Source of the DNA: Octopus bimaculoides
Lineage: Eukaryota
DNA length: 64,000 nucleotides
NCBI RefSeq assembly: GCF_001194135.2
Contig: NC_068989.1
Location: 39,306,642 to 39,370,641 of the forward strand
Reading direction: 5' to 3'
This document shows positions 38,973-51,720 of this stretch, in pieces. The notes below the pieces were generated by a model. The model searched no databases. It was not told the DNA's origin and worked only from the letters and a program-made list of their open reading frames with translations. Each line of letters starts with the position of its first letter. The first letter of the stretch is position 1. Both the position numbers and the translations under genes were made by a program.

Positions 38973-41199
38973 AAAACAGCAGGCCTCTGTTATTGAAGTA
39001 CAAAATTAGTTCAGAAATACATTACAGTAGCTGGCTACCTCACAGCTGAGAGCAGTCTTTGTAAAAATCTCTTATATACTTGCCCTCCAATATTTATATT
39101 CCCATACAAACCGAAATTTCTAAAGAAGACTAAGCATTAATAAACTAAAACACATGCAGTTCACCACATGCTTACATGTACACATACACATAAATGCATG
39201 GATGTAAGTGTAAGTAACAAAACAGATTTGTGTGTGTGTATGCATACACCTTCACAAAACAATAAGAAATTGAAATCGCAAACACATATAGCTGTGTACA
39301 TAGACATATATACAAAGAATGATAATACACATATAAAAGAAATAACAGACAAATACTGCAGAAAAATGTGTATGTATGTACACATACACAACGTGTGTGT
39401 GTGTGTGTGTGTAATTATCACACAAAATCTAATTATGCATAAACAGGATCTGCTTTGTATGCGTGAACACAGATATATACATATATGAAAAATATTAAAC
39501 ACTCATGCGTAATTTGAAAAGATGAACTAAAAGGAAAATCAGAAAGACATTCGAACAACCACATCAGCATCATCATCACAACAAGAATCATCACTACCAA
39601 CAACATTAGCAACATTGCATAAAATACCATCAACTCTGCTATTTATACCATCACTGTTAAACTCTCAAGTCAACGAGGAAGCTGCAAAGCAGTTTCTTGA
39701 TCCACCAAAAATAGCAGTTAAAAGGCAAATCATGCTTTATTATCTTGAGAAAAGAGCATTAGCATTGTTAAAACAGGATAAAAAAATAGTCTCCCCACTT
39801 CCCAGGCAGCATTTTTTTTTTAGTTCCACTATTTTTCGTGTGTATTTGTGATTTTTGGAGGGCTGGGTGGGTGTAGGGGCGATATGGAGGTAGAGGAGGG
39901 GAGAAATCTCATGGACTATCCCCAGGTGGTGTAAACTTCAGCCATGCCATTGGAAATGAGAGATATAACATAGCTCTATCCTTAATACACTCTGCCTAGG
40001 AGAAAAGAAAATGATGTGATGATCAGGACTAGAATCTTCTGATTCCAGTCTTTTCAATCAATACTAGGTCTCCATTCAGTCAAAACTTACCTAGGGCTTA
40101 GCAACAGCTGACAAAAGTACGAAAGCAACTCTATTAATAGCACCAACACAAACAAAAGCCACACCAGCAGACTCATCATAGCACTTTGACACAAAAATAG
40201 TCCTTTGAATTACAGGTCCCTTTAGTCTGCTCAGATTCCATAGTTTCATTTGACCCTTATTTCACTCACAGAGCTCAAGTCAATCTGAGGCTGTGGTAAG
40301 AATTATTCACTGAAGATGCCAAGCAGTGGATTTGAACTCATGGTTTCATAGTTGCAAAGTGAACTTCTTAGACACTTTGCCATATTTGTGCCCCATCACT
40401 TCCACTGTTGGCAATAACATCTTTATCACTAAACTAACCAACCAACCAGTGAAGAGGAACAATGTTACACTAAGTTGAGACAATGTTTATTCTTCCGTAA
40501 AATTTGGAAACATTTTCAATGTTATAGCTACAAGATGGTATCCATTGATTTTACTGCCATTTTATGTTATCATTGTTATTGTTAATATTCTTGTTCTTGT
40601 TCATCATCATCAGCTTTGTCAGTGGAAGTGAAATATATATTTATTCTAATTTATTTTGATATTGGTGTTTTGATGATGGGTAGAAGAAAATTCCTTGTGA
40701 GTTGTGTTTGTAATGTTTCAGTTACCATTCTGGAACCATTTAATTAGATTTACATTAATACAATTCTTCCGGAAAAGCATGAATGTCATTGTTTGACATT
40801 TCCTCCTTTGTTAAATGTGTTTATTTCATGTCTAAGAAAGAAAAAGCTAGCAGGATCAAATATCTTCCTGGAAAACTATTTGGGTGTGTTGCTGGGCCCT
40901 TTACATAAGGAACACAGCTGAAAGAGTTACTGCTGATATTTTGGGCATGTTGCTGCCCCCTCAGATAAAGAACCCAACTGCACAGTTGCTGCTAGGCCCT
41001 TGAATAAAGAAATCCAACTGAAGAAGTTGCTACTGACATTTTCACCTGGATGTATCAATCAGAAGCCTCTAGAATTTATTTCAAGCTTGAAATAATTAAG
41101 AAATAGTTGTGAAAATCGTACTGAAAAAGAATACATAAGGTATTTTGTATATAGTAAAATTGTTTGTATCTTTTGTATATAGTAAAATTAATATTCGTA

Positions 41200-41470
41200 T
41201 CTAATGGGGCTGAGGTCATTCCAAGTTAGTGCTCCCAGAGCCGTTGTCATGTGCAGAACCAACCAGGTCCACCAGTGCTCTCCATCTCTGGTGGTCCTTT
41301 GCCAGCCCCTCTGCATCCTCCAAGGTGACATCAAGCCTCTGGAGATCTTCCCCAGTTATATCCAGCCATCTAGTATGGAGCCTACCATGAGGCCTCTTCC
41401 AGCTTACAGCTGCTGTGTTGAATGAGAGTAAAGCTCTGGTGGGATGATTTTGCAGGAGACAGAGGGCTTA
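41200..41470 (-). mobile_element. RTE-type LINE extreme 3' end (family distinct from 1432-4330)
   Basis: The minus strand, with a frameshift, gives HTRWLDIT..DLQRLDVTLEDAEGLAKDHQRWRALVDLV (cf. RW.D....DL..lg.....A...A.DR..WR.lV). Confidence 0.65.
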
Positions 41471-42049
41471 TCCATACCAGCACATGCAACAGATAGCTAT
41501 GATTTAGCAGTTTAATAATACTAATTAATAGATATGAGTTTCTTACAATAAAAAGATTCATTTATTGTATTATTCAAATTGCTAGTTAATTAAATAGATA
41601 TAGTTAACATGGTTTAGTTGTTATTTTAAAATGGTGTGCACTTTGTTAAAGAGAATATAGCAATAGCCCTGAGCAAGGTAAGTAACTGTGCAAAAATGTT
41701 CCCTCAATGCTTTATTGTTGGAGTAGGTGCCTCTGTCACTCAATACTGACCATAGATCATGTAACATGTATGTGCAGGTCTGAAAAAGATTTTTTTTTTT
41801 TGTGGAAGACAGCAGTAAGCTAAATAAACAAAGCCACTCTTCTACATGTCACTGATGTTTATTCAAGGGAAATTCCACCAAGAGCAGCTAGTTACAGTGT
41901 CAACAAGGAATGTAAACAAGATACTAGTGTTTCATTCTAGCAGAAATCAAAGCTGTAGAATGTCAACATTCACACACATTCATATGTGTGTATATATGTC
42001 TGCACATGAATGGTCACAAAAACACAGGCATGACAATATAGTTAAGGAG

Positions 42050-42300
42050 TTCGTTTTGGGTTCAGTCCTACTGCATAATAATAACTTAGATAAGTGTTTC
42101 TTCTAGAACTTCTGGCAAACTAAAGCCTTGTGAGTGGATTTAGTTTACAGAAACTGAAAGAAGCCCATCATAAATATGTATGTGTGTGTTTGTCTCCTTG
42201 TTTTGGCATCACATGATAGTTATAAATGAGTGTCACAAGTGATCTCCATACAAGTGATATCAATCATTTCCAGTTTCCAATAAAAACTTATCTGACCATG
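42050..42300 (+). mobile_element. SINE family A-related copy
   Basis: gggttcagtccta...aaagccttgtgagtggattt...aaactgaaagaagccc. Confidence 0.7.
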
Positions 42301-43559
42301 AAGAAATATTATTGTACTTGGTTAAGAGTAACTGTAAGGACATTTGGCCATTGAAAATTTGCTTCAATGAATTTTGTCTGACCTGTGGGAGCCTGGAAAA
42401 GTGGATGTCAAAAGTGTGTGTGTGTGTATATGTACCGCACGCGCGCGCGCGCACACATACACACACACACACACAAGTGCACACTAGGCATCTATACAGT
42501 TCTGTCTGCAAATTGCACGCAAAAAGTTATTGACTAACCCAGTATTGAACCCAAAACCATGTGGATATGAAGCAAGCTTCTTAATCACACAGTCATGCCT
42601 TCATCTGCATCAATTTTAAATTTCAGAATATAGCAGAAACATATATCAAATAAACTATAAATGCTCATAGTCAGAATCTGTACTTCAAATAGCTGCAAAA
42701 AATTCAATAGTTTATTAATTTGTTAATGATGCAAGCCTATTAAAAATTTATAAATCATTAAAAACATGTTGAAGAAAACAAATGAAATATAACCTCCTGT
42801 CTCTTTAAAACTGGCAAAAAGCTAATAGATTACCACACATTGATAGTAAAAAACAAAATAATCATAAACTTTTATCCTAATTAATTTATTGACTACAGTC
42901 TAAATACAGAAACTGACGGTGAAAGGCTAATGGCTAAATAATCAACAAAACGCTACACCACTTTATCTCAATAAACATCTAAGATGGAAAATTTATATCA
43001 ATAAACTGACAAGGAAACTCTTTCAAGCCATGTAATGGTCACTGAATTTTTTTCTATCTTCTAAAAATTAAAATCTAAATATATACTATGCTATCTACCC
43101 TTTCTCTCCTCCATATTGTTCCTTGAACTGAGAATCAAAAGCAAAAAAAAATGCTGTCAGCAAACCTCTATTGTTTGATAACAATGCATTTGTCACCCCA
43201 AAATACTTATGCCACATGTGTCAGATATTTTAGATATACTTGCTGTCTTTATTTTCAGTCAAGTTTCTAGAAATATATTTTTGCAGTATTGAGTGTGTTG
43301 AAATAAATCTCAACTTCCATTCACATAGAACAATAAATATTTAAGAAATGTCTAAATAATATCAAGAGTCCACAAAAAACAAGTTTTGTATTCTCAGTAT
43401 TAAATCTTTCAAGTGGCCTCATGTTGTAAAAGGCTGATAGTGTGAAGATTATACTGAAAGTAATGCAAAAGTGGGCATAACTTTTTTTATGAACTGTCAC
43501 AGAGAATTCAAAGGGCAATATTTATTAACTTTTTTATTCACTGTCACAGAGTATTCAAA

Positions 43560-43900
43560 GAGTATTATAGTGGAGTAACTCTTCCTCTATGCAAAAGTAC
43601 AATCAAACAGCAATGCATTGCCGAACTCCATTCCTGAATCCTCTTTGGAAAGCTCAGGTTTGCACTGTTGTATCCAGTCTTTACTGCCGCTATTACCTTG
43701 CTTGCATCGTGGAATCATTATTACTGCATTGAAGAATAATGAAGGAGACTTACTATAGAGGAAGGGTTATACTACCATTTTTGTGCAAACTGAACAACCT
43801 ATATCAGTTAATGAAAGGTCATGCTCATTTTTGCATTACTTTCGACACAGTCATTGCATGAAGAATTCTAAAGAAATGTGACACTGTTAGAAGGAAAATG
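43560..43900 (-). mobile_element. Possible decayed L1/Tx1-like RT fragment
   Basis: The minus strand gives RNGVRQCIAV*LYFCIEEELL, resembling RGVRQGCPLSP.LF....E.L. Single weak motif. Confidence 0.3.
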
Positions 43901-46109
43901 GGCATCTAATGTGAAAGGTGAATCACAAATTAGCCAAATGTGACTGGATTTCATTGGCATTAGCCCATATACACTGCTAAAACAGCTGCACTGTTATGGA
44001 AATGGGATATAAATAAGAATGGATGCTGATTGATAAAGTGCTGCATATTGTTGGGATGGTATTCCTGTTGAAAAGAAACACTTAGGTAAACATGGAAAGA
44101 AGTGGCAAGTTATAAAGAAGTGGAGAGATATATCTTAAAACATCAGACTTCATAGAAATGATAAATGATTAAGATGAGCAGCAATATGATGTGCAGTAGA
44201 CATATTTAAATTATTCTAGCAACATGAAGTGGACATTATGAGAAGAAAGAGGACAAACCATTTTAAATATATATTTAATCTAAATGCAGTATTTTAAGTA
44301 GGTGCAAGCATGAAGTGGCTTCAGGGAGAGGAGGTGATATAATTAGTAGTACAGATAGAGTGCAGTACAGCAGAATAAAAATGAAGTTATAGAACAGGCA
44401 AAGATGAGCGCTAAGGAGATTATAGATGGGTGGAGGCTGCAAGAATGTAGGAGGAATGTAAGAGATGATAGTGATAAGGATGGAGGAAGTAAGAGGTGCA
44501 TAAGAGTGAATGAAGGAGTAACAAACAAAAGTGGAGGGTATCAATGAAAATTAGAATAGGAAAGAAGGAGAGATGACTGGTGGTTCAAAAAGGAGATGAA
44601 ATATATAGCTCTGCTCTCATTTAATCATAGCTGCAGAATAATGAAGTAACCAGAAGAGCAATGCAGAGGTCAGTGATAGGGAGATGAGGAGTAGTAGGGA
44701 ATGCTTGACAAGAACAACTTAGGTGAGATTCTCAGTTTTATGCCTGAGAGTTCAAAGTAGAGGAATAAAAAGATCCTTAATTTGGAAAACAGTTAAGAAT
44801 TGGTGACAAGAAGAGCATAAAACTGTAAAGATATTGCCTCAAATAAACACCCATCAACATATGCCAGTAGAGAAAAACAAATGTAAAAGGTATAAACAAA
44901 TGAGTACAGTGACATCAATAGAATTTAGTGGTGGGGGCATACTTCTGGTGCTTTTGTTATTGACCTTTAGATATATAAAGTGCAAAGCCAGTTTTAGTCA
45001 TTTTTGACTTCAGACCAATGAAGAAGTAGTTAAATAGACAATAGCAATTAGACAGCTGTCTACAGTTTGTGTAAACACACCTTTTGTAGGAATAAAATAA
45101 TAAACTAGCCTCTTCAAAAGGAAGTACATTTTATAAATAAACAAGAACACAAAAGAAATTTGATAGACAAAATAAAATATTTGTTAGATAATTATTTATC
45201 TTTTGTAAAGAGTAAAAAAATTTTGTTTCCTGCTGTTCAATGAATATTGATATCTGTGTGTGTGTGTGTGTACACATACACAAACATACCACTCTCATTT
45301 GCATACTATACATTCAACTCGCTCTTAGTGCTTGTATTTCATTGTAGATTGACTATCATCAAATGGAAATTGTAAGGAGTAAGATTTATGGGAGGAGGGG
45401 ATTATTATTATTATTATAGTCAGAAGAGAAAGTATTGTTTGTAGATGGAGTGGAATCAGTTGAGAATTTGGCTAAGGCTTTTAAGTATCTCCTTAACTCA
45501 GGATTCTGGGTTCAGTTCCTATCTGACTTAAGGTTTATTTTATAAATTACTCTCAAAATTGAGCACAATCATTAATATCTAGATTTTCATAGATCTGGGT
45601 TTTATGAAAACCAGATCAAAGATTGATCAGCAAAACAAAATACTCTGGCCTCTTCTATTCCCATTCTTATTTTATGGTGAATTACCTGCTCAGGAATTAG
45701 CAAGTAAGAGGTTAAGCATTCCACAAACATGTGTACACTTAATGTGATTTCTCTGGTAGAATCAGCTTGTCATAGTGTATGACAGGGTTGTACATATAAA
45801 ATCCAGCCAATGGGCTTTGATACAAATTCCATTAACTGAATGGAAACTACAGAGATGGAATGGAAATTGTATGGGAAACCAACAGATATGGATTGACCCA
45901 AAGCTATATAAAATGATATTTGTGAGTGAGGGTGTAGTCTTTTTTTAGTTTATTTGAATTTGACAATAATTACTACAAAGAACTTACATGTATAGGTGCG
46001 TGTGTATGTGTATAAACACAGATAATTATAAACCATAGCCATCACTCACAAGCAGGTATGATCTTGTAGCATGTATTGCATTTTTGCTGATAATTCTTGG
46101 TGTGTATAT

Positions 46110-46176
46110 ATTCACAAGCAGACACACTCTCAACCCTCATATAGTTGACCAAGCAGCTCATTGAAAATGTGACAAC

Positions 46177-46230
<54 letters not shown>

Positions 46231-46385
46231 TGCGATGCACCACCAGTTGGCTGGTATTCGTTACAGCTGAGTAGACTAGAGGAAGATGGGATAAGGTGCC
46301 TTTTCACAAGGAGACATGTTGCCTAGCCCAGGATTGAAACCTACGAACTTAGGATTATGAACCCAACACCTTAACCACAAGGCCA
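46110..46385 (-). mobile_element. tRNA-derived SINE (third family) with an internal (GA)n tract
   Basis: Minus-strand head TGGCCTTGTGG (A box) and GGTTTCAATCC (B box). A body similar to 57830-57940. Confidence 0.6.
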
Positions 46386-46556
46386 CAAGCCTTTACACAT
46401 AGGTACATACACACATACATATATGTATGTATGTGAGAGAGAGAGAGTGACTTTGTGGAAATTATTCTCAAACCAGCAACTTGGACTCAATACTTGCAGT
46501 TGACTTCATTCATGGAACGAAATGGCAAGGTCTGTGTCTATAAACACATACACATA

Positions 46557-47061
46557 CAGAGTGAGGCAAAAGTCACGCACTCTATGGACAATTTATTAAA
46601 TGTATAATTACACATGAAAATTCTATTTTCTAGCTATTTAATTGTTATATGTGCTGTTCAAAATGCCCCACTTCCTTTTCATAACACATTTCAATTCTGT
46701 GCGCACATGATTCATTAACCACCATTGATGTTAGATCGACTGCACTTTTCGGTATGCCACTTTGAGGGTGGCCAGTGACACTACCAGCTTGTTTAAAACG
46801 ATTGATTAAGCATTCAACAGTTGACTTATCAACTAGAAGTCAGTGTGGATTCTGCCTGTTGAATTCCTCTGTAACAGATCTGTGAGTAGCACCTGCTTTC
46901 CCATACATGAACACTAAGGTAACATGATCATCCTTCATAAGTTTTATACCCATCTTACTTCATCAAATTTTTTTCTGCAAATAAGAAAATAGAACAAATT
47001 AGACATTTAAAACATTACTAATTAATTAACACCTATAGTATGTAACTTTTGCCTTACCCTG
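46557..47061 (-). mobile_element. Non-autonomous Tc1/mariner element (505 bp)
   Basis: TA TSD at 46555-56 and 47062-63. TIRs CAGAGTGAGGCAAAAGTCAC / GTAACTTTTGCCTTACCCTG. Remnants of the transposase N- and C-termini on the minus strand. Confidence 0.8.
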
Positions 47062-47198
47062 TATATGTGTATGTGTATATGTGTCTCTATTTATATAGAC
47101 ATTTACATTTTGAAGGACAGACACAAGACAGATTACTCAATGCATGAAGTAGAATTAATTTATTTATGATAACGTGGATGATGATTGCTATTTGTCAC

Positions 47199-47400
47199 TG
47201 TTATGATCCTTAAAATGTTGGATTGTTGCAACACCCATTTTGGTATACTGTTTACTTAGTAAAACCAGTAAAGACACAACTATCTCTAACCACCTACTTT
47301 GTATTCTAGAACTTCATGTACTTCTCTTTACTTACAGTGACTAGGTCATTCCATTTGTCATGTGGGAGGGGTGTACGATTATTACTAATTCCCAACAGTA
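47199..47400 (-). repeat. 3' LTR of the Gypsy element
   Basis: Roughly 80% identical by eye to 49899-50090. Preceded on the minus strand by the PPT aaaaggggaga (47401-47411). Confidence 0.9.
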
Positions 47401-47717
47401 TCTCCCCTTTTAAAGTTTTCTAAGGAAGTGTCTCTTTATTCAGCAATAATTTCTTTTATTCACCCCACTATCCTTTTTTGTGTTTTTTGTTTTCATACAA
47501 TTTAATATTTTTTGCATTTGACATCTATTTTCAGGAACTTTGTATGTTTTCTTTTCCTCTCTCTTGTATGCCTGGGCTCAATAACCTGCAGAGGCATTGG
47601 TACTTGGAACATATTGTACAACCATTTCATTGGTTCCTCCTTTTTTGGTTCGCTTTCCACGAATCTCTTTTTCAGTTGGTTCCTGTGTCTCTTTTGTATG
47701 CCTTTTCTACTTTTTAT

Positions 47718-48360
47718 CTAATACATCATTTTACCTATGCATTTGGTAACTACGCCATCTTCCCAACTCTGCTTTCCATTCTTGTATGCCCTCATAAGCA
47801 TCTTTTTGCCAATTTTAAAGAATCTTGCTATGTCTTCTGAGGCACCTTTTCTTTTCTTGCCAGGTAGCAATTTATCAAAGACTGATTTTACTTTCCTTGC
47901 AAACATCAGCTCTGCTGGTGAGCTACCTGCTGGTGTATTCAGATTTGGTGTCACATGGTACACTCTAAAAAATTGTTGTAGAGCTACCTCATCCGTGGCT
48001 TCCTTATTTGATTTTCTAAGGGCTCTTTTCAAGGTATCGACAAAACGTTCTGCCTGTCCATTAGATCTGGGATGGTATAGGGCTGTAGTTATATGTTCTA
48101 CCATGAACGTTTCAGAAAATTTTTAAAATTCACTAGACACAGATTGCGTTCCATTGTCAGACACTATCCTGTCTGGGCTGCCAAATCTTACAAACAATTC
48201 ATATAAAAAATTTATCACAGCTGAGGAGGTTGGTTTTTCTGCACTTACAAATTTCTAGTTATTTTGAGAAACTATCAACTACCACTACGTAGTAAGAAGC
48301 ATTGAAAGGACCAGCAAAATCGATGTGTAGCCTCGACCATGGAACATCTACTCTTGAACA
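47718..48360 (-). pseudogene. Gypsy integrase core (DDE), disrupted
   Basis: D (HIDFAG), D (VSDNG) and E (QAERFV) are present. In-frame stops occur before ORF 47718-48104. Confidence 0.85.
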
Positions 48361-48700
48361 ATGTTTACTTTTTATCATGGGAAATTTTTCATTTCATTTT
48401 GGCTTATATATAGGTGTTCCACTCTGTTTTACTACAATTTTTTGTTTCAGTCTCTCAGCTGCATTCTAACTTACAACTGAACCGACTATATTTCCACACA
48501 AAACACTTATGGGAATATTCCATACTTTGAATAGTTCCATCCACTCTGTGCTGAATAAATTAAGTGAACTTTTTAATACACATCTTTGTCTATTTTTTGT
48601 TTGACCTCAAAATGTTACATTACATATAAATTCACCAAAAAAATATAATCTTCTTCCCATAACACTATGTGCTACCTTTCTTGATTTAATTAAATTTGAC

Positions 48701-49767
48701 TTACCAACATATTTCCAAGATTTTTTGTTTTCTTTTTATATTTTTGTTTATAATGGTGATATCACTACCAGTGTCTAACTGCATTTTAATGCTTGTATTT
48801 TTGATTTTCACCTTCATGACTTTCCTCATCATTATATCATCAGCTTCTTCCAATGACATACCATTTATTCTTTTTCCTTTCTTCTGATGTTTTGTCATCT
48901 TCATTCTACAGTGCGTCTTTATATGTCCAATATTACCACAATGAAAGCACTCCGCTTTCTTAAATGGACAGTTTTTCCTTGGGTGTATACCACCACATGC
49001 AAAACATGGGTTTATTTCCTGCTTTTTGTCATGTTTTTTAGAAAACACTTTATCTCTATTCTGACTATTTTGCACTTGTTTTACTTGGAAACAATCTTTC
49101 CATTCGATTTCCTCTGTGTTCTGTCTTAATTTGATTATCCTTTCACATTCTTCTGGCACTTGTAGTAGGGTTACCTCCTGGTTTTGTTCAAGCTTTGCGA
49201 GAACTCTAGTTCTAACTTCTGTGTCCTTCATGGCAGTAAGTCCCTGTGTAAAAAATCAGGCATTTGAACATATCTGGAGTTAATACGTCCAGCTTAAACT
49301 TCTCACATCCCCTGCTTACTCTACCAGCATATGTGATGTATTCCTCATCTTTGTTGAACAATGAGCTTTTTCCACTGAGAATTTTACTCAATATATCTAT
49401 TGTGTCATTAAGGTTTATGACCAAAGGTTTTCTTGAGAGTACGTATTTACCATATTGTTCATGTTCTCTTGCCACCAGTTTTCTCAAGATTAAGTGCATT
49501 TTCATTTCATCGTCCTAGTCTTTATTTTTCTTTCTTGAAGGTTTGCTCATATCTTTTGTAGTATGCTTCGAAGGTAACTCCTTTGTGTGGTTCGTATTTG
49601 AGCTCTGACTTTCCTGATGACTTCAGTAATTGCAGTACTTGTTGCTGTAATATTATTTGTTGTTGTTGTTGATTCTGTTGTTGTTCTTGCAGCTGTAGCT
49701 GCTGCAGTTGTTGTTCTTTCAGTTGCTGTTTTTGCAATTCAAGCAAACCAGCCAACAAATTTTCCAT
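48701..49767 (-). pseudogene. Gypsy gag-protease, frameshifted
   Basis: ORFs 49522-49767 (Gln-rich N-terminus, FEAYYKRYE), 49212-49505 and 48701-49231 (CCHC knuckles, LDTG). Confidence 0.85.
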
Positions 49768-49884
49768 AATTTTAGGGTTTTTTTTTTTTTGTAAAATTCA
49801 CACAGCAAAACTTTTATGAGTTGTTAATTCTTCTTGATTTGTTAATTCCTTGTCAAGTTTATTAATTCCTTGAGAGTTGTTTAA

Positions 49885-49897
49885 ATCCTTGTTACCA
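49885..49897 (-). promoter_or_regulatory. Primer-binding site TGGTAACAAGGAT
   Basis: Starts with TGG 1 nt inside the 5' LTR. Differs from TGGCGACGAGGAT (tRNA-Ser 3' end complement, from recall) only at the two CpG positions. Confidence 0.6.
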
Positions 49898-49898
49898 C

Positions 49899-50090
49899 TG
49901 TTATAATCCTTAAAATGTTGAGTTGTTATAACGCCCACTTTGGTATACAGTATACTTAGTAAAACCAGTACAGACATGACTATCTCAAATAACTACTACG
50001 TGCTCTGGTACATCATGTACTTCACTTTACTCGGTTATTTCCATTCGTCACATGGAAGGAGGGTACCATTATTACTAATTCCTTACAGCA
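49899..50090 (-). repeat. 5' LTR of the Gypsy element
   Basis: TG...CA ends. Followed on the minus strand, after 1 nt, by the PBS. Confidence 0.9.
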
Positions 50091-50343
50091 GTGACCAAAA
50101 TATCTATTTATCTATCTGCATTGTTTGATCATTTTTATGTCCATTTTTCTATGCTTGCATGGGTTGGGTGAATATGACACTAACCCTTACCTTTTTATCA
50201 AGTTAGGAATCTATTATTCTACACAGCGTCAGAGGCACAAAGTGTCTAGACAATTTGTTGACAGAAGAAACTAACAACAATACTGTCTACCACACTTTTG
50301 TATAAGTGACTGCTGATGTAAGCAAATGCATACACATATACAC

Positions 50344-50393
<50 letters not shown>

Positions 50394-50447
50394 TAAGTGT
50401 TCAGTTTAGAATTATTATGCAATCATGTTTCTTCTTGAATTTTACAG

Positions 50448-50552
50448 AATGTTGCGATCTTCGGTTTTAAATTGTGCCATTGTTTTGAAACACACAGAAA
50501 CTCTGGATAAAGGAAAAGCAATCTTTGATCTGTGGCGATATTCCAATAAAAG
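50448..50552 (+). CDS. Internal exon C of the same M1 aminopeptidase
   Basis: Acceptor ttcttgaattttacAG and donor ag|GTAAAA. 105 nt, phase 2 to phase 2. Encodes MLRSSVLNCAIVLKHTETLDKGKAIFDLWRYSNK, resembling ENPEP-type LLRSSVL..A........A..LF..W. In frame with exon B (aa+a = Lys). Confidence 0.88.
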
Positions 50553-51720
50553 GTAAAACTTGATTGCATTGTTTGATTTAATGACTGATTTTCATTTTCT
50601 TATAACATCATTAACACACGTGTATACACACATTCACACCTTGTAACATGTATATATAAGCAAACAACTACATCTAAAGCATCTTAGCTGCTACTGATAC
50701 CTGACATATCAGAAATAGCAATCAAATTTCTCTATTGTTCTAAAAACAGAATATGTCTCAACAATATTATAGGCCCCAGGCAAATCAATGCACTGCATCA
50801 TATAGTGTTTATGTATTAACACCATACATAGATCAGAATTGGGCAGCTGTCCAGAGTTCTCATGCCTTAAGACAACACTGAGGACATGCGAGATATTGAA
50901 AAATCAGATACCCATAAAAGCAAAACATAATTCTTACCAAAATACTCTTAATCACAATTTTCTTTATTTAAGAGGCAGAAAGAAGAGAAATATCCCATTA
51001 ACAAACACACACATACTCTGACTTCTAGATTTTTATGTCCTTACCATCCATATTCCTTATGTTAGCATTCAGAACCTGAATTAATTGTGCCTGTTGCTGT
51101 TCCATGCTTCTGTGCTTTTTCTCTATATCCGATATTTGTAACTGTTTTAAAGAACTTTTCTAATTTCGTGATATATGGATATGTTATCCATGCTTTAATT
51201 TCTTATGACCATATACACAATATGTGACACAATTTCAGTTCTATTCTAGTAGAAACCAGATAGCTTCATACATTTCATTCCTGATTCTCATCATCACCTG
51301 GACACATTACTTCTAATTTCAACCTTTTTTATGATCTCTGTGTAGACTTTCAATGATTTTGGCACTGATACATACATTATCATGATGAAGGATAACTTGT
51401 CATTTCCAACAACATAGATTCCACAGTTTTGCAGCTGATAACAGTTTAATGGAATGCATCACAAAATGACAAATGCCAACCCTCTACTACACACACATGC
51501 ACATACAAAATTATTTGTGCAATTTTTTGTCTCTCTTCTCTTTGTTCAGGAAAATGGAGTTTACATTCATATAAGTTTTCTTTATTTGCCATAGTGTTAG
51601 ATGAGTTTAATCATTTTGTTATCATACTTCTGTTGAAATATATATTACTTATATTTAAATTAATTCTGAAAATAATGAAGAATTTAGGAAAAAAACTTTA
51701 TTATCATTAAGCTAGTAAAG

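Larger units (their letters stand above)
47199..50090 (-). mobile_element. Ty3/Gypsy (K02A2.6-like) LTR retrotransposon, internally deleted (no RT/RNase H)
   Basis: Direct-repeat LTRs 47199-47400 and 49899-50090, TSD GTCAC/GTGAC, PBS and PPT. Gag has two zinc knuckles (CFACGGIHPRKNC, CFHCGNIGHIKTHC). Protease MQLDTGSDITII. Integrase PWSRLHIDFAGP...VSDNG...YHPRSNGQAERFVDTLKRAL. Confidence 0.93.

Noticed and set aside
38642-39049. Poly-Asn / poly-Ile ORFs
   Set aside because: They are translations of the (AAT)n tract, with no splice or homology support.
39690-39952. Possible hAT-type MITE ending in cagccatgccattg
   Set aside because: No matching 5' TIR or TSD was found.
43620-43760. Possible Helitron helicase motif on the plus strand
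   Set aside because: The SSGIAATLL-type motif is not actually present. The minus strand gives a slightly better, still weak, RT-like match.
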